This document shows, one piece after another, positions 12,890-26,630 of a stretch of 64,000 nt of DNA. Position numbers and translations under genes: made by a program. Numbering within the stretch: position 1 is the stretch's first letter; each line of letters begins with the position of its first letter. The notes below the pieces were generated by a model, which did no database searches, was not told the DNA's origin, and saw only the letters and a list, made by a program, of their open reading frames with translations. The stretch spans positions 76,446,001 to 76,510,000 of the forward strand of contig OX597824.1 in assembly GCA_951406725.2 (NCBI GenBank), written 5' to 3'. Source of the DNA: Octopus vulgaris (taxonomy: Eukaryota).

Positions 12890-13309
12890 ATATATACATT
12901 TATGTATATATATACGTATCTGTATATGTTTGTGTGTGTGTGTTTGGATGTTAAGCATCGTGGAGAAATAGACCGTCTGAAATCCTTGATAAAAGGTTGT
13001 TGACGTTCATACGGGATTAGCCGCCATGAAATAGAAATAATAATAATAATAATCCTTTTTACTTTAGGTACAAAGCCAGAAATGTGGAAGACAGGTAAAA
13101 TAGAATCTAATACAAGTATTCATTCAAATACACACACATATGTATGTATGTATATATATATATATACGTATACAGCCGAAATTGCTAAGATGATCCGGTT
13201 CCCGACTGAAGATTAGAGGCTTCGAGGGTCCCGTCTGTTTTCTTGTGTCGTCTCTTTGTGTGCTTTTGCGTTCTTGTCTCACTTTGTAATTTATAATTTA
13301 TATTTAATT

Positions 13310-13378
<69 letters not shown>

Positions 13379-13409
13379 GTATACACACATACATGTATAT
13401 ATATATATA

Positions 13410-13712
13410 TCACCGTGATCACCGTGACCGACCAGGCTAACAGATATTGCTACACATCGCTGGTCACAATGCTCTTCGCATTGTTTTAGCCTTCAAATGA
13501 CGCCACCCCGATGGCTAAGCGAGCAGGCCAACAGAAAAAAGAGCGAGAGAAAGTTGTGGCGAAAGAGTACACCAGGGATCGCCACCACGCCCTGCCGGAG
13601 CCTCGTGGAGCCTTAGGTGTTTTCGCTCAATAAACACTCATAACGCCCGGTCTGGGAATCGAAATCGCGATCCTACGACCGCGAGTCCGCTGTCCTACAC
13701 TGGGCCATTGGA
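13410..13712 (-). mobile_element. tRNA-derived SINE family C, variant with an RTE-like 3' tail
   Basis: Head and body shared with 48436-48824; the tail tgtgaccagcg...ctggtcggtcacggtgat is shared with the LINE end at 6155-6206. Confidence 0.85.
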
Positions 13713-13741
13713 CCGCATGTATACACACACACACACACACA

Positions 13742-13789
<48 letters not shown>

Positions 13790-13811
13790 TATATATCTCG
13801 ACACACGCGCG

Positions 13812-13842
<31 letters not shown>

Positions 13843-14364
13843 GCATATATGTATGTATATATATATAAATACTAGATAGATAGAAAGATAGATAGATCGA
13901 CAAATAAATAGACAGAGAGACAGATAGACATATAGACATGCGCAATGTACGATGACGCTTTCGCCGATTGGCTACGAGACATGGTGTTTATATATGCGTA
14001 GAATCTTGATTGCTGTTTATGCAGTAGCGTGTCCTGTGCAGTACTGTTTACCTCTATGTGAACAGACGGTTGACATGTGTACTGCGACAACACGTGCATA
14101 GTGCTTTTTAAATCTACGTGTTGCATAAGAAAGAATTCTTGCGCGTGTCAACAGGTGAAGCGTACGGAAAAATCTGGTGAGATGGGTTGCCTAGAGACTA
14201 TAATGGCACTCTCGTCTGCGTTTCTTTCTCTCCCTCTCTCTTCCTCTCCCTCTCTCTTCCTCTCCCTCTCTCTCACTTTATTTATTTATTTATTTATTTC
14301 TCCACACGCGTCTGACCGCTATTGTGCATGCATACACACATGCTTATATACTCACAATGTATGT

Positions 14365-14433
14365 ATACAGTAATATTTTGTATACTATAATCTTTTTTAT
14401 ATGCATGAAACATATGCATGCTTTGTGCATGTA

Positions 14434-14505
<72 letters not shown>

Positions 14506-14575
14506 TACAGTAATATTTTGTATACGATAATCTTCTTTTATGCATGATACATATGCATGCTTTGTGCATGTATAT
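14365..14575. repeat. About 70-bp unit duplicated across a (TA)n tract (period 140)
   Basis: atacagtaatattttgtatac...catatgcatgctttgtgcatgtatatat at 14365 and 14505. Confidence 0.85.
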
Positions 14576-14784
14576 ATATATATATATACACGTACGTACA
14601 TACACACACATATACACGCACGCACATACATACAGACATATATGTACATGCATATTTATATTTATAAAAATAGTTGAGTACATGTGTATGTATGTATGTA
14701 TGTATGCATGTATGTATGTATGTATGTATGTATGTATGTATATATATATATATAAAAATTAAAAATAATATATATATATATATT

Positions 14785-15230
14785 TAAAATAACAAGGGTG
14801 AAAAATTGAATATTAATTTGATAAATATCAATTTAAAACCAGTGGTCTAGCATATTAAAATCTGAGGATTCAGAAAAATAATATTACATACATATAAGAG
14901 GAATGTCCGCTACGTGGAGATCCATTATGCTAGAAGTAGATCCACTATGGTCTTACCACTAAGAAAGGAATGTTCTCAAGAAAATTTAGCAGACGCTAGA
15001 ACATAAGCGAGCAAGACAAATGAAAAGAAACAAAATATAAATTAATCATAAACTAGTTTCGCTATTAACACTTACGCAAATTACTTACGTAATTATCCGT
15101 AGCTCCTCAGTATGATCGTCATTGCAAATATAATTTGCAGAACAATACACGAGACGTCCGCATGAGATTGAACATGTATATAGTTCTACCAATTATACTT
15201 GGAGTTATCTTTCAAAAGTCTTCGTTTTGG
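14785..15230 (-). mobile_element. (TA)n-terminated element (Penelope-like terminal repeat candidate) containing a hammerhead
   Basis: 14789-14978 is homologous to 58003-58200; hammerhead at 15045-15116. The upstream boundary is uncertain. Confidence 0.6.
15045..15116 (-). ncRNA. Intact type I hammerhead ribozyme motif
   Basis: ATCATA CTGAGGA GCTA[35 nt]TAGC GAA ACTAGT T TATGAT: 6-bp stem I, canonical core, palindromic minimal stem III, GUU triplet. Confidence 0.85.
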
Positions 15231-15950
15231 CGCGCTAAAATACCGGAAACAATTCTGTAGAAAATATTTCTCTGCAGCGAATTTTGCCGGTTAGGGAACA
15301 TAGTTATTTAAATTTAGCTGGTTACGTAGCTAGAAGGTGGTAAAGATTCGTTCCCCTGCTCGCAATGTCTCGAATGCAGCTGTGGATCGTTAACAAGCTA
15401 GAGGAGGTGTCCTCTTTGAGGTTAAAAGTTCGCAGTAAATTCTCTTCGAACGGACAGCCGTGTTGAAGTGGCTACGAACACTACTTGTTAGTACAACTAC
15501 TGCGTTGATCTCTTAGAGAGATTTTAGAATGAGCATTTTTTGCATCGTGCAAAATCAACGACTGTATGTCGCTTAAAATTATATATTTGTATATACAGCT
15601 AACAGAAGCGGGCAACTGCCATCTCTACTACATATGTGTTGGATCTTTTGGCTGCTGTGTTTGTGAGCTCAGATTTGATATTCATCTAATGTTTTATTGT
15701 TATTGCACTTGTGAAGATTGAACTGTTGTTAGTCTGTTGTCTGTAATTTTCACCCTACGGGGCTGAAAATTTGGAATATTGTTGGCGAACAGTGATTTCA
15801 ATTTTTGCCCTTTACAGGGTAAAATTTATTTTGTTAAAACATTATTTTGGCAAAAAATTATTTTTTTCGTCAAACATCTTTGAAAAACTTAATTTTGTGT
15901 CAAATTTTATTTCTTTTGAAGGAATTTGTGTTTGGTAATAACTTTTCGTT

Positions 15951-18628
15951 ATGGATTGCGATTTGATGTCAAAAGTGGATTTCCCTGAAATGGAAAAGTT
16001 AAATGAAAACGAAAACGATATTGTAAAACACGTGCAAAAGGAGAGATCAAGATTTCGGTTGCAGTCGGCTGCAACATGGTGATATTAGACGTAACAATGG
16101 ACGAGCTGTTTTAATGCAGAAATCTGGTAAAGTAAAAGAGATAGTGCAAAACATAGCAGCAAAAACGGTTGTATATAAAACATACAGTGTTAAGGAAAAA
16201 CAATTATGTCGTGTAAAAACGAGATAATAGTGAAATGTCTCGCACCAATTTGGAATAAAATAAAGTGCGTCGGCTGTGGAAGAAGGAATGCCACGGTCGA
16301 GGCGCAATTCGCAGACGGAAACTCTGCAAAGGAGATGTCTACCCTGACGTTGAGTAACGAAGAGATAATATTGTTACCAACGTATTTGGGTAAACGATCT
16401 GCCAAAATTAAAGTAGAGAAGATTCCGGCGGGCTTAGATGTGATATAAATAGCGACATGGAGGAGAGAATGATAATTTTACAAATGCAAAAAAAAAAGGA
16501 AGCGGAGAATTGGAAGGAACAGACCATTGAGATTGTGGTCCAAGCCAGCCAGGAAGTCCCCGAAGGGGAGGGGCTGAGTGTAAGAGTTGGCATTGAGGGG
16601 CAGAGACCGCGCTGCTTTATGTGCGGCGAAAAAGGTCACGTCCGCTCTGAATGTAAAGAAGAGTGAAGCCCCTTCCCAACAAGAACAAAAAAAAAATCCA
16701 AGAGGAGAAAGGAAATCAACAGAAAAAAAACCAACAAAGAAATTAAACAAACAAGACAAGAGACACCACAAATCACAGAAGAATGGAATTTACAACAGTA
16801 AGATCCCCCAAATTGAAGAAGGCCTCATACAAAAAAAAAACATCGAAAGCTACTACAGACAGACAAGAAAAATCTCCCCACGCCATACCCTTGTTAAAAC
16901 CCATTTCCCAATCCCACCCCAAAACACAGAACAAAATTGTGTCATTTAATGACAACAACCCACCACTCTCCAGAATTATTCGAGCTCACTATAGAGCTCA
17001 AGTATACAAAGCTAGCAAAGACATGTCACCTCACATCAGGATTGCTAGGATGGAGGTGGGCTTATTTACAGAATTGAAAAGTAAGTACTCCGATGACATC
17101 AAGTACGTTAGCCAAGAGATGGCCGGCAAAAGTTTTATGGTGAGTCCAGTGGCTATACCACGGAAGGAAAAGGATGGGTAGAAAGCTGAATTCGTGCAGC
17201 TCCTCTCCAAACTAAAAATGTAAGTACGATATACTATGGGGATTAAGCTAGGGTGCAAATTTGCGCGTGGCCTAGGGTCGAAATGGAAACAAACTTGTCT
17301 CCTTCACGACCTTAGGTCACTAGATATAAATGTGTGTGCTGTAATGGAGTCCAAGCTGAGCGGACCACAAGCGTTCTCGCCTCTTCTAAATGGCTACGAG
17401 AAATTTATTTCTCCTAGTCGGCGGGGGAGGGAGTGGCGGTCTTATTCAGGAAAAAACTTGGACGTGCAGGTAAGTACAGTCTTTCTGGATCCAGAAGGTA
17501 GGCTGGTCAATTTGGATGTGACACACGTAAATAAACAGTCCTTCAGGCTGGTTGCTCTGTACGCACCAAATCAATGTAGACAGGCAGGCTTTTACCGGGA
17601 CCCAGAGAACTTCTTAATGACGTCAAAAACTCTAGTTGTATTAGGAGACTTTAACACTATTCTCGATGCACGGGTGGATAGTGTTGGTTCAACCTATAGA
17701 AGGGGAAGACCTGGCCTCAAAAGGCTACGAGAAAATCTAGTAGACCGTTATAGACTGGGTGAACCGTTCGTTCCACAGTGGACGTGGACTAATAACGACG
17801 GTTCACTCAGATCTTATATAGATAGGGTATTCAAAAGGATAGAGATAGGAAGACGTTTAGTTGTCCACGCTTTTTGTTGTGTCTACCTACACGGATCACA
17901 AGTTTGTGACGTGTGGGGTGTACTTAGTTAAGTGTTATAGGCAGAGACCAGGGTACTGGGAGATGAACAAGTCTATTTTGACTTCTAGAACCTTCTATGC
18001 CCGGGTTAGTGCAGAGGGTATTAACCGGCATCATTATTAATAATAGGTGGTGGTGTGCCCTCAAAAGCGCCATTCGTTCTGAGTTTATTAGAATAAGCAA
18101 GCAGTAAAGTCTAGATAGACTGGAATAGAAGGGGCTTTAACTAAGGAATTAGATAAGGCCATGGTTTCTGGCTCTGCATCCAGAGTGATGGCGGCAAAAG
18201 CGGTTTTGTACCGACATCTCAAAGCCAGTCACGATGGGTGTAGTATTAGAGGTAAACTTCGTGCAATGGGGAGAGAGTGTATTAACGTTGCCGGATGGGC
18301 ACGTCATGTGGAGAGTTAGAGAGGCAGAGAAGCATGTATCAAGTCTTTAACATACGAACATGGGCGTTCTATGGAAGGACAGGAGGAGATGCAAAAGCCT
18401 TTTCACCGGCATTTCGCCCGGCTGTTCGGAGAGAGCGGCAGGCTGGACCGTGGGGAGCCCCTTAGTGACTTCCTCAACGGCGGGCCGCGACTCTCGGCAC
18501 TGGAGGCGTAATGCTGTAAGGACCGATTATGGCTGCTTAGGTCTATAAGATGCTGGCTGAGTACACCGGGGACAAATCTCCAGGGCTGGATGGTCTGCCC
18601 TATGAATTTTATTGTAGCATGCCAGACA
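15951..18628 (+). pseudogene. Decayed L1/Tx1-clade LINE: ORF1 (CCHC knuckle) and ORF2 (APE endonuclease to start of RT)
   Basis: CFMCGEKGHVRSEC; ORF2 from 17236 with VALYAPN, VLGDFN, WTW, SYIDR and later KSPGLDGLPYEFY; many frameshifts and stops. Confidence 0.88.
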
Positions 18629-18631
18629 ATG

Positions 18632-18803
18632 TACGCTGGGGACTGAACTCAGAATCATGTGGTTGAGGAACAAGCTTCTAACAACGCAGCCACGCCCGCG
18701 CCTTACATAAATATAGTCTTTGTAAGCCTAGTATTTATTCCGTCGGTTTCACATACACACATACACAGAAATACATACATACATACATACATACATACAT
18801 ACA

Positions 18804-18834
<31 letters not shown>

Positions 18835-18985
18835 GCACAATGAGCTTCTTTCCGTTTCCGTCTACCAAATCCACTCCCAAGCTTTGGTCGGCCCGTGGCT
18901 ATAGTAGAAGACATTTGTCCAAGGTGCCACGCAGTGGGACTGAACTCGGAACCAGGTGGTTGGGAAACAAGCTTCTTACCACACA
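18632..18985 (-). mobile_element. Two SINE A head fragments
   Basis: 18632-18703 and 18835-18985 match the reverse complement of the family head. Confidence 0.75.
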
Positions 18986-19152
18986 TAAATACGTACATAA
19001 ATACATGAGTGTGAATGTGTCTGTGTGTGTGTGTTTGTGCATTTGTTTATGCTGTTATATATTTCAGCCCAATACACACACACACACGCGCACACACACA
19101 CACACACACACGCACACACACACACAGACACACACACACAGACACATACACA

Positions 19153-19191
<39 letters not shown>

Positions 19192-19314
19192 GATTTTACA
19201 TTGCAGTGATGACGTGAATATGAATAAATTAATATATTGCCTTCATTTTTTTGCAAATATGTTTCTTTTCATAATACTACACAATTATTAAGTTGGTATA
19301 TTAAACTGGCCAAG

Positions 19315-19445
<131 letters not shown>

Positions 19446-19613
19446 ATATATATATATATATATGCACACACACACGCGCGCACAGACAGAGAGAGAGAGA
19501 GAGAGAGGGAAAGAGAGAGAGAGGGAAAGAGAGAGAGAGAGAGAGATAATAGATTGGTAGACAGATTGTTTATATATATACATACACGCATGCATACATA
19601 CAGGCACGCATAT

Positions 19614-19672
<59 letters not shown>

Positions 19673-20554
19673 TATATAGCATTGATTTAAGTGGCTGAAT
19701 TTCTCTTGCACACATAATGCGGTTGCGGAAAGCTTTAAATACAACTGTCAGGACTCTATACATCTATATATTTTCTTTACTATCTTGTTTACACTACATT
19801 AGTGTAAATGCTGTCTACATGTTATAAATGTATAGGATAAATGTTACGAGATTATATAATAGAGTATGTAACACGTTGAAACAAAGCCGAGCTGATCACA
19901 AAATGTCTACCTTGTTTCCATATAACAGAAAGCATACGTAGAAAGATAGAAAGATAGATAGATAGACTGATGGACGGATACATACATACATACATACATA
20001 CATACATACATACATACATACATAGATGTATGGCTATGTGATAAGAAGCTTTCTTCCCAACCATATGGTTTCCTCTGAAAAAATTAACAATTTTTAAGAT
20101 ATCTTTTTTACCGAAAAGCCTCCTGCCATGACTTTGAAATGCAAAAAAAAAAAAAAAAATGGCCCAAATTGGTCCGGAATGGGATGATGAGGGGGTAGAG
20201 TTCTACAAAAAAAAAAACAAAAAAAAAAATAAAAAAACAAACTTCAAAACTCTTTTTTTTCATAAAAAGATGCATTTTGAAGGCTGTGTTAAAAAAAAAA
20301 AAAAAACCCACTCCATCAAATCGGAGTGGTTGCAACATATTTAGTCTTTCTGATCCGAAACTCCGTTTCTTTGTAACTCCTCTCTCCACCACCTCGGAAA
20401 AAATTTTGTTACCCACAAATTTCTTTATAATCGTAATCTATGCCGGTTGAAAGGTATTTGTGTAAAATTTCCTTAAATGATATCCTTTTTTCCTGAAAGT
20501 TGTATGGGAAAACTCGAGAAGGGGGTACACATCTGTAGTCATGCCACTATACCT

Positions 20555-20557
20555 ATA

Positions 20558-20626
<69 letters not shown>

Positions 20627-20646
20627 GTCTGTCTGTCTGTCCGTCC

Positions 20647-20726
<80 letters not shown>

Positions 20727-20767
20727 GTCTGTCTATCTGTCTGTCTGTCTGTCTATTTATCTATCTC

Positions 20768-20852
<85 letters not shown>

Positions 20853-20940
20853 TTATCTATCTATCTGTCTGTCTGTCTGTCTCTCTGTCTATAAGTCTGT
20901 CTGTCTCTTTATCTGTCTCTTTGTCTGTCCGTCTGTCTGT
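20555..20940. repeat. Compound (TCTA)n/(TCTG)n microsatellite
   Basis: Direct inspection. Confidence 0.95.
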
Positions 20941-22015
20941 GTTAAGGCTATGAGTGAGACCGGGTCCTTCTGCTTGTTGATTAAATGAATGCAACTGGCT
21001 GCATTGAGTTATTTCTTTGAACTCATTTTCGCATCATATATGCAAATTACGTGCCATATGAATGTAATCTCATCCTTTTTGTCAGCTCCTTCATCTGCTT
21101 GGATTCCAGTCACCAACGGTGGGGACCTGACCTCGGAGATCAACCATATATGAGGTCTGGCGAGCTGGCGAGATCAACCATATATAAGGCGGCGAGCTGG
21201 CAGACTCGTTAGCACGCCGGGCGAAATGCGTAGCTGTATTTCGTCTGCTGTTACGTTCTGAGTTCAAATTCCGCCGAGGTCGACTTTGCCTTTCATCCTT
21301 TCGGGGTCGATAAATTAAGTACCAGTTACGCCATGGGGTCGATGTAATTGACATAATCCGTTTGTCCCCTCTGTGTTTAGCCCCTTGTGGGCAGTAGTGA
21401 AATACATATATGAGGTCTGGCCACTGGGCTCCTGTACTCTGTATGGAAGCCCCTTTAGCGTCACTGTTCCATCTCCCGTAAGACGAAGCTCCGCATCTGC
21501 AACGCGTCGGTCCTCTCCATTCTCCTCTATGGATCAGGAAAGTGGCCCCTTACGAAACCCCTGGCAAAGAAGAGCGAAAACGTCTGAGAATCACCGAGAA
21601 CATCAGGAGGTGCCATCACGTGTAGAACAAAGAATTACGTGCGCGCTCGGATCGGCCTGCAGCCTCCCAGCTCGTAGCTATCCGCCGCATGCGCTAGTAC
21701 GGTCATATCCTCCACCTTCCAGCAGATTATCCTATCAGGGCCTTACTCTCATTCGACGCAGCAACAGAGGACTGGAAGAGGCTCCGTGGCAGAGGCCACA
21801 CAAGATGGCTGAGCGTGATTAAGGAACACTGCAGAGGCTTGATCTCATCTTGGAGGAAGCGGAGGGGCTGGCATGGTTGGCTCTACGTACGATGACGCTT
21901 TTGGGATCACCAACCCGGGATGATCCCAGCACCATCTTGGTTTTGTGAGTAAATACCTGACAGTTTGGATAAGCTTGGATTTTTTGAAAAAGAAATCCAC
22001 CAGCTAACTCACACA
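20940..22015. mobile_element. GC-richer non-coding block, possible solo LTR
   Basis: Begins TGTTAAGG and ends CACACA, with composition distinct from the flanks. No TSD found. Confidence 0.25.
21186..21405 (+). mobile_element. SINE family B
   Basis: aaggcggcgagctggcag...gagttcaaattcc (B box)...tttagccccttgtggg; catatat flanks both ends. Confidence 0.9.
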
Positions 22016-22342
22016 TTATAGATACAGTCTAGAAGTGGAACAGTGCAAATATGCAAGAATTTTCTCAAGTTTAAGATATAACATTCCTTTTGTTATCCAA
22101 CGATGGAGATTTGTTTCTCTGTCAGAAGTCAACTCCTTTGTCAAAGAAACAATTTTAATAATTAAAAAGAGAAGAGAGCATACATACATCTATGTATACA
22201 TACATAAATAATACATTTACATACATTTACATACATTTACGGACATTTATATGTATGTATGTGTACACACACGCACATTCTCTCTCACACACACACATAT
22301 ATACGTACATATATATCTATATATCTATATATCTATATCTAT

Positions 22343-22424
22343 AGGCAAGTGTCTTCTACTATAGCCTCGGGCCGACCAAGGCCTTGTGAATGGATTTGGT
22401 AGACGGAAACTGAAAGAAGCCGTC

Positions 22425-22464
<40 letters not shown>

Positions 22465-22685
22465 GTGCGCGTGTGTGTGTTTGTGTGTCTGTGTTTGTTC
22501 CCCCAACAACGCTTGACAACCGATGGTGGTGTGTTTACGTCCCCGTAATTTAGTGGTTAGGCAAAAGAGACCGATAGAATAAGTACTAGGCTTCCAAACA
22601 ATAAGTCCTGGGGTCGATTTGCTCGACTAAAGGCGGTGCTGCAGCATGGCCGCAGTCAAATGACTGAAACAAGTAAAAGTGTAAT
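22343..22685 (+). mobile_element. 5'-truncated SINE family A
   Basis: Matches the family consensus from ggcaagtgtcttctac to the tail. Confidence 0.9.
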
Positions 22686-22686
22686 A

Positions 22687-22748
<62 letters not shown>

Positions 22749-24224
22749 TAATAAATAAAATATATGCATACATACATACATATATGTACGTACCTACATC
22801 TACATGTATATATACATGCATGTATAAATATATATACGTGAGTACAGGACACCACAAATAGACGTAGAACTCAACGAGAAACGAACAGGTAAAAACAAAC
22901 GTGGAAACGGACCTAAACGAAAAAAAACAGAGTACAAGACAAACTACACAAGGAAAAATCCCCTTCATCAGCTGTCCCTAGTTCAACTCTAGCGTGTTTC
23001 GAAGGTGAGGACAGAACACGACTCGTGGAACTAGTCCTTCCTGCGAAGGAATTAAATAAAATTACTTCGCAGAGGGGTAAAAACAAGGAAAGTTAAACAT
23101 GTGACAAAAAAACGATATGTATATGTGTGTGTATGTGTGTGTGCGCGCGTGGTTGTGTGTGTTTATGTGCATACGTATGTATGTGAATGTAGGTATACAT
23201 AAACGGAAATGACTTCGTTAACCTTACCTGTCAATTGAAGTCGTTTTAGAATGTGATTATTTACTCTGGTACATCGTCAAAATGTTATTAAAATACTAAA
23301 TATAACACCATAACGAAAAAGTGATAGAAAAATACACCTGACTTACAAAACAGAGTCTTAAATGACAGCGAGGAACATTATACGAAAATTATCGTAGAAA
23401 ATTATCGTAATAAAATAAAACAGAATTGACATTAATTGTTGAAGAAAACTAACTCCCGCACTCAATCACTTCAATATTTAACTAATACCATAAACCTACT
23501 CGTGTGAAGATCTATACAGATACACGAACGAACATAAGCAGAACAGTTTATTATAGTATAATAACTATAGATAACATCAGTCTTTAAAATCTTTTATTAA
23601 TGTTATATAACGACGTTCGCTACTTCATTAATACATATATCTATATGTAACCGAACTCACGATATTATTATTCATGATCTAGATAATTTGCTTTCACTTT
23701 TATACTTCTAAATCATCCGTCTCTGCTTTTAGTTTAATGTTCCAGTGTTGTTACGTTAAAGCTCTGTTTCCTTAACCGTCTATGTTAATTTCATTTATAT
23801 TTGATTTTATTTCCCCCAATTTTCATAGTGTCTGTTCCGTGTGGCTATTTAAGAATCTAACTTCAATTTGAATTTACTTACTGTCAGTTTTCTTGTCTAT
23901 CGTTTAAATTTATTTAGTATCCTAATGGAAGTATTACCGTTGCACTACTCTAAATCGAAGCAAATACGGTTTACGTTATGTCAATTAACAAAGGATGGAA
24001 GCGAATATATATATTTATTTATTTTACAGACAAGAAAGTAAATTTCGAACGTAGTTTTGCCGTGAAAACAGTAGAAAGATTGGGTATTTTACTCTTATTA
24101 GACGGGAAAAGTTATCAACAGACGGCTACGCGAGTCGAACTCGTACACCTTAGATACTCTACCACTAAACTAAACAGCTCGCTAACAACAATCACAATCA
24201 AGTTAGACGCTAAATAATAATGGT

Positions 24225-24610
24225 TTCAGATTTTGCCACAAAGGTAGGAATTTTGGAGGAGGGGATGAATTGATTACATCGTTCAACTGGCACTTATTTT
24301 ATCGACCCTGAAAGGATAAAAGGTAAAGTCGACCTCGGCGGAATTTGAACTCAGAACGGAGCGACGGGCGAAATACCTATTTCTTTACTACACACAAGGG
24401 GCTAAACACAGAGAGAACAAACAAGGACAGACAAACGGATTAAGTCGATTATATCGACCCCAGTGCGTAACTGGTACTTATTTAATCGACCCCGAAAGGA
24501 TGAAAGGTAAAGTTGACCTAGGCGGAATTTGAACTCAGAACCGAGTGACGGGCGAAAAAAACGCTGAGCTTTTTATCCGGCGCGCGAACAATTCTACCAG
24601 CTGCCGCTTT
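24225..24610 (-). mobile_element. SINE family B dimer
   Basis: Two body units joined at gaaatacc|tatttcttta, as at 2520-2915. Confidence 0.85.
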
Positions 24611-24708
24611 TAAACGCAAAATAATAATAGCTTTTGGAATGCAACATTTTATAATCAAACTTTGGAAGCATAGAATGTATGTGTGTGTATGTGTGTACAT
24701 ATATGTGC

Positions 24709-24757
<49 letters not shown>

Positions 24758-24761
<4 letters not shown>

Positions 24762-25038
24762 TAGTAATAGTATGACAGCAAAAGAAAGAACGAGACCTCA
24801 ATATTATGTAAATAGAGGAATTTATCTGTAAAATAATATGTGAAAATTATTCGGTTGCCATAATAAGACTCCGAGTTTTGGATGTCGGGGTGGAAATCTG
24901 CTCCGGCATCTCGTCAGTTATTAAAACAAAACAAAAATGCTATATTTTGTCTCAATAACTGACGAGATGCAGGAGCAGATTTTCACCCCGACATCCGAAA
25001 CTCGGTAATCAAACAATTGTCACATTATTTTACAGATA
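24758..25038 (-). mobile_element. Fold-back element between (TA)n tracts carrying two inverted hammerhead copies
   Basis: Arms 24823-24930 / 24945-25038. Minus 24922-24862: AATAA CTGACGA GATG..CATC c aAAA CTC-G-GAG T C TTATT. The plus copy 24954-25005 has intact GAAA but a truncated stem III. Confidence 0.8.
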
Positions 25039-25047
25039 TATATATAT

Positions 25048-25429
25048 AACCAACCAAATGGTTCCGGGTTCAGTCCCAGTGCGTGGCATCTTGGGCAAGT
25101 GTCTTCTGCTATAGCCCCGGGCCGACCAATGCCTTGTGAGTGGATTTGGTAGACGGAAACTGAAAGAAGCTTGTCGTATATATGTATATATTTATATGTA
25201 TGTGTGTGTGTGTTTGAGTGTCTGTGTTTGTTTCCCTAGCATTGCTTGACAACCGATGCTGGTGTGTTTACGTCCCCGTCACTTAGCGGTTCGGCAAAAA
25301 GAGACCGATAGAATAAGTACTGGGCTTACAAAGAATAAGTCCCGGGGTCGATTTGCTCGACTAAAGGCGGTGCTCCAGCATGGCCGCAGTCAAATGACTG
25401 AAACAAGTAAAAGAGTAAAAGAGTAAAGA

Positions 25430-25430
<1 letters not shown>
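25048..25430 (+). mobile_element. SINE family A
   Basis: Consensus match with (gtaaaaga)n tail. Confidence 0.9.
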
Positions 25431-25472
<42 letters not shown>

Positions 25473-25747
25473 GAGCCACTGTTCCAAGAAAGAATGATTA
25501 TATATATATAATTAAAATATTTCAGTTTGTCAACATCGAACCATTTTGATTTGTCAACATTGAAACTTATAACGATGCTTTTCGAATTTTACACTTTTAT
25601 CATTGATTCAACCATTGTTGAAACTGGTTTGGTATATATGTAAATAAAGGTATGTTAAACATTTACGAGCTTTTTAAATTTAAATGCATTTTCAACAACA
25701 CATTTTCCTATATTTTTTCCTGCGTGGAAACACGACTCCCTCTTTTG

Positions 25748-25836
<89 letters not shown>

Positions 25837-26173
25837 CATTCTTTCTTGGAATAGTGGATCTCGAATCACATAAAACTATAAAAAATAGCGTGCAAATATT
25901 CGGTTGACAAAGTCTTTCGGGTAGAAGTCGAAAGTAGTCCGTGGGAGACGAACCTATATCTGAAGATATGACAGTTCTAGTATCGCATCATAGCAATCCT
26001 CGGAAAATGTGTATCCGTTTTAAAGCATTTATTCCCACCAGTTAGAACTTCATGTTAACGACATAAAGATTTAACAATTTTCGTGATAATATGAAATAAT
26101 TCTTTATGCGCTTCAAGATCCACTATCCCCGAAAAGAATTCTTTCAGATCCTTTCGAAAGTTTATAAATATTA

Positions 26174-26327
26174 TAGGTGTAGGAGTGGCTCTGTGGTAAG
26201 TAGCTTGCTTACGAACCACATGGTTCCGGGTTCAGTCCTACTGCGTGGCACCTTGGCTTCTACTATAGCCTCGGGCCAACCAAAGCCTTGTGAGTGGATT
26301 TGGTAGACGGAAACTGAAAGAAGCCTG

Positions 26328-26383
<56 letters not shown>

Positions 26384-26630
26384 AGTGTGTGTATATGTTT
26401 ATATGTCTGTGTTTGTCGTGTGTGTGTTTGTGTGTCTGTGTTTGTCCCCTAGCATTGCTTAACAACCGATGCTGGTGTGTGTACGTCCCCGTAACTTAGC
26501 GGTTCAGCAAAAGAGTTATTCTTACAAAGAATAAGTCCTGGAGTCGATTTGCTCGAATAAAGGCGGTGCTCCAGCATGACCACAGTCAAATGACTGAAAC
26601 AAGTGAAAGAGTAAAAGAGAGTAAAGAGAG
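26174..26630 (+). mobile_element. SINE family A, full length
   Basis: Head, internal (TA)n and tail all present. Confidence 0.9.

Noticed and set aside
21373-21822. 149-aa ORF in the GC-richer block
   Set aside because: Starts inside a SINE and has no recognisable domain.
22955-23045. Minus-strand GAAA..CTGATGA arrangement (permuted hammerhead), with a similar order at 13185-13220
   Set aside because: Could not pair stems I and III convincingly.
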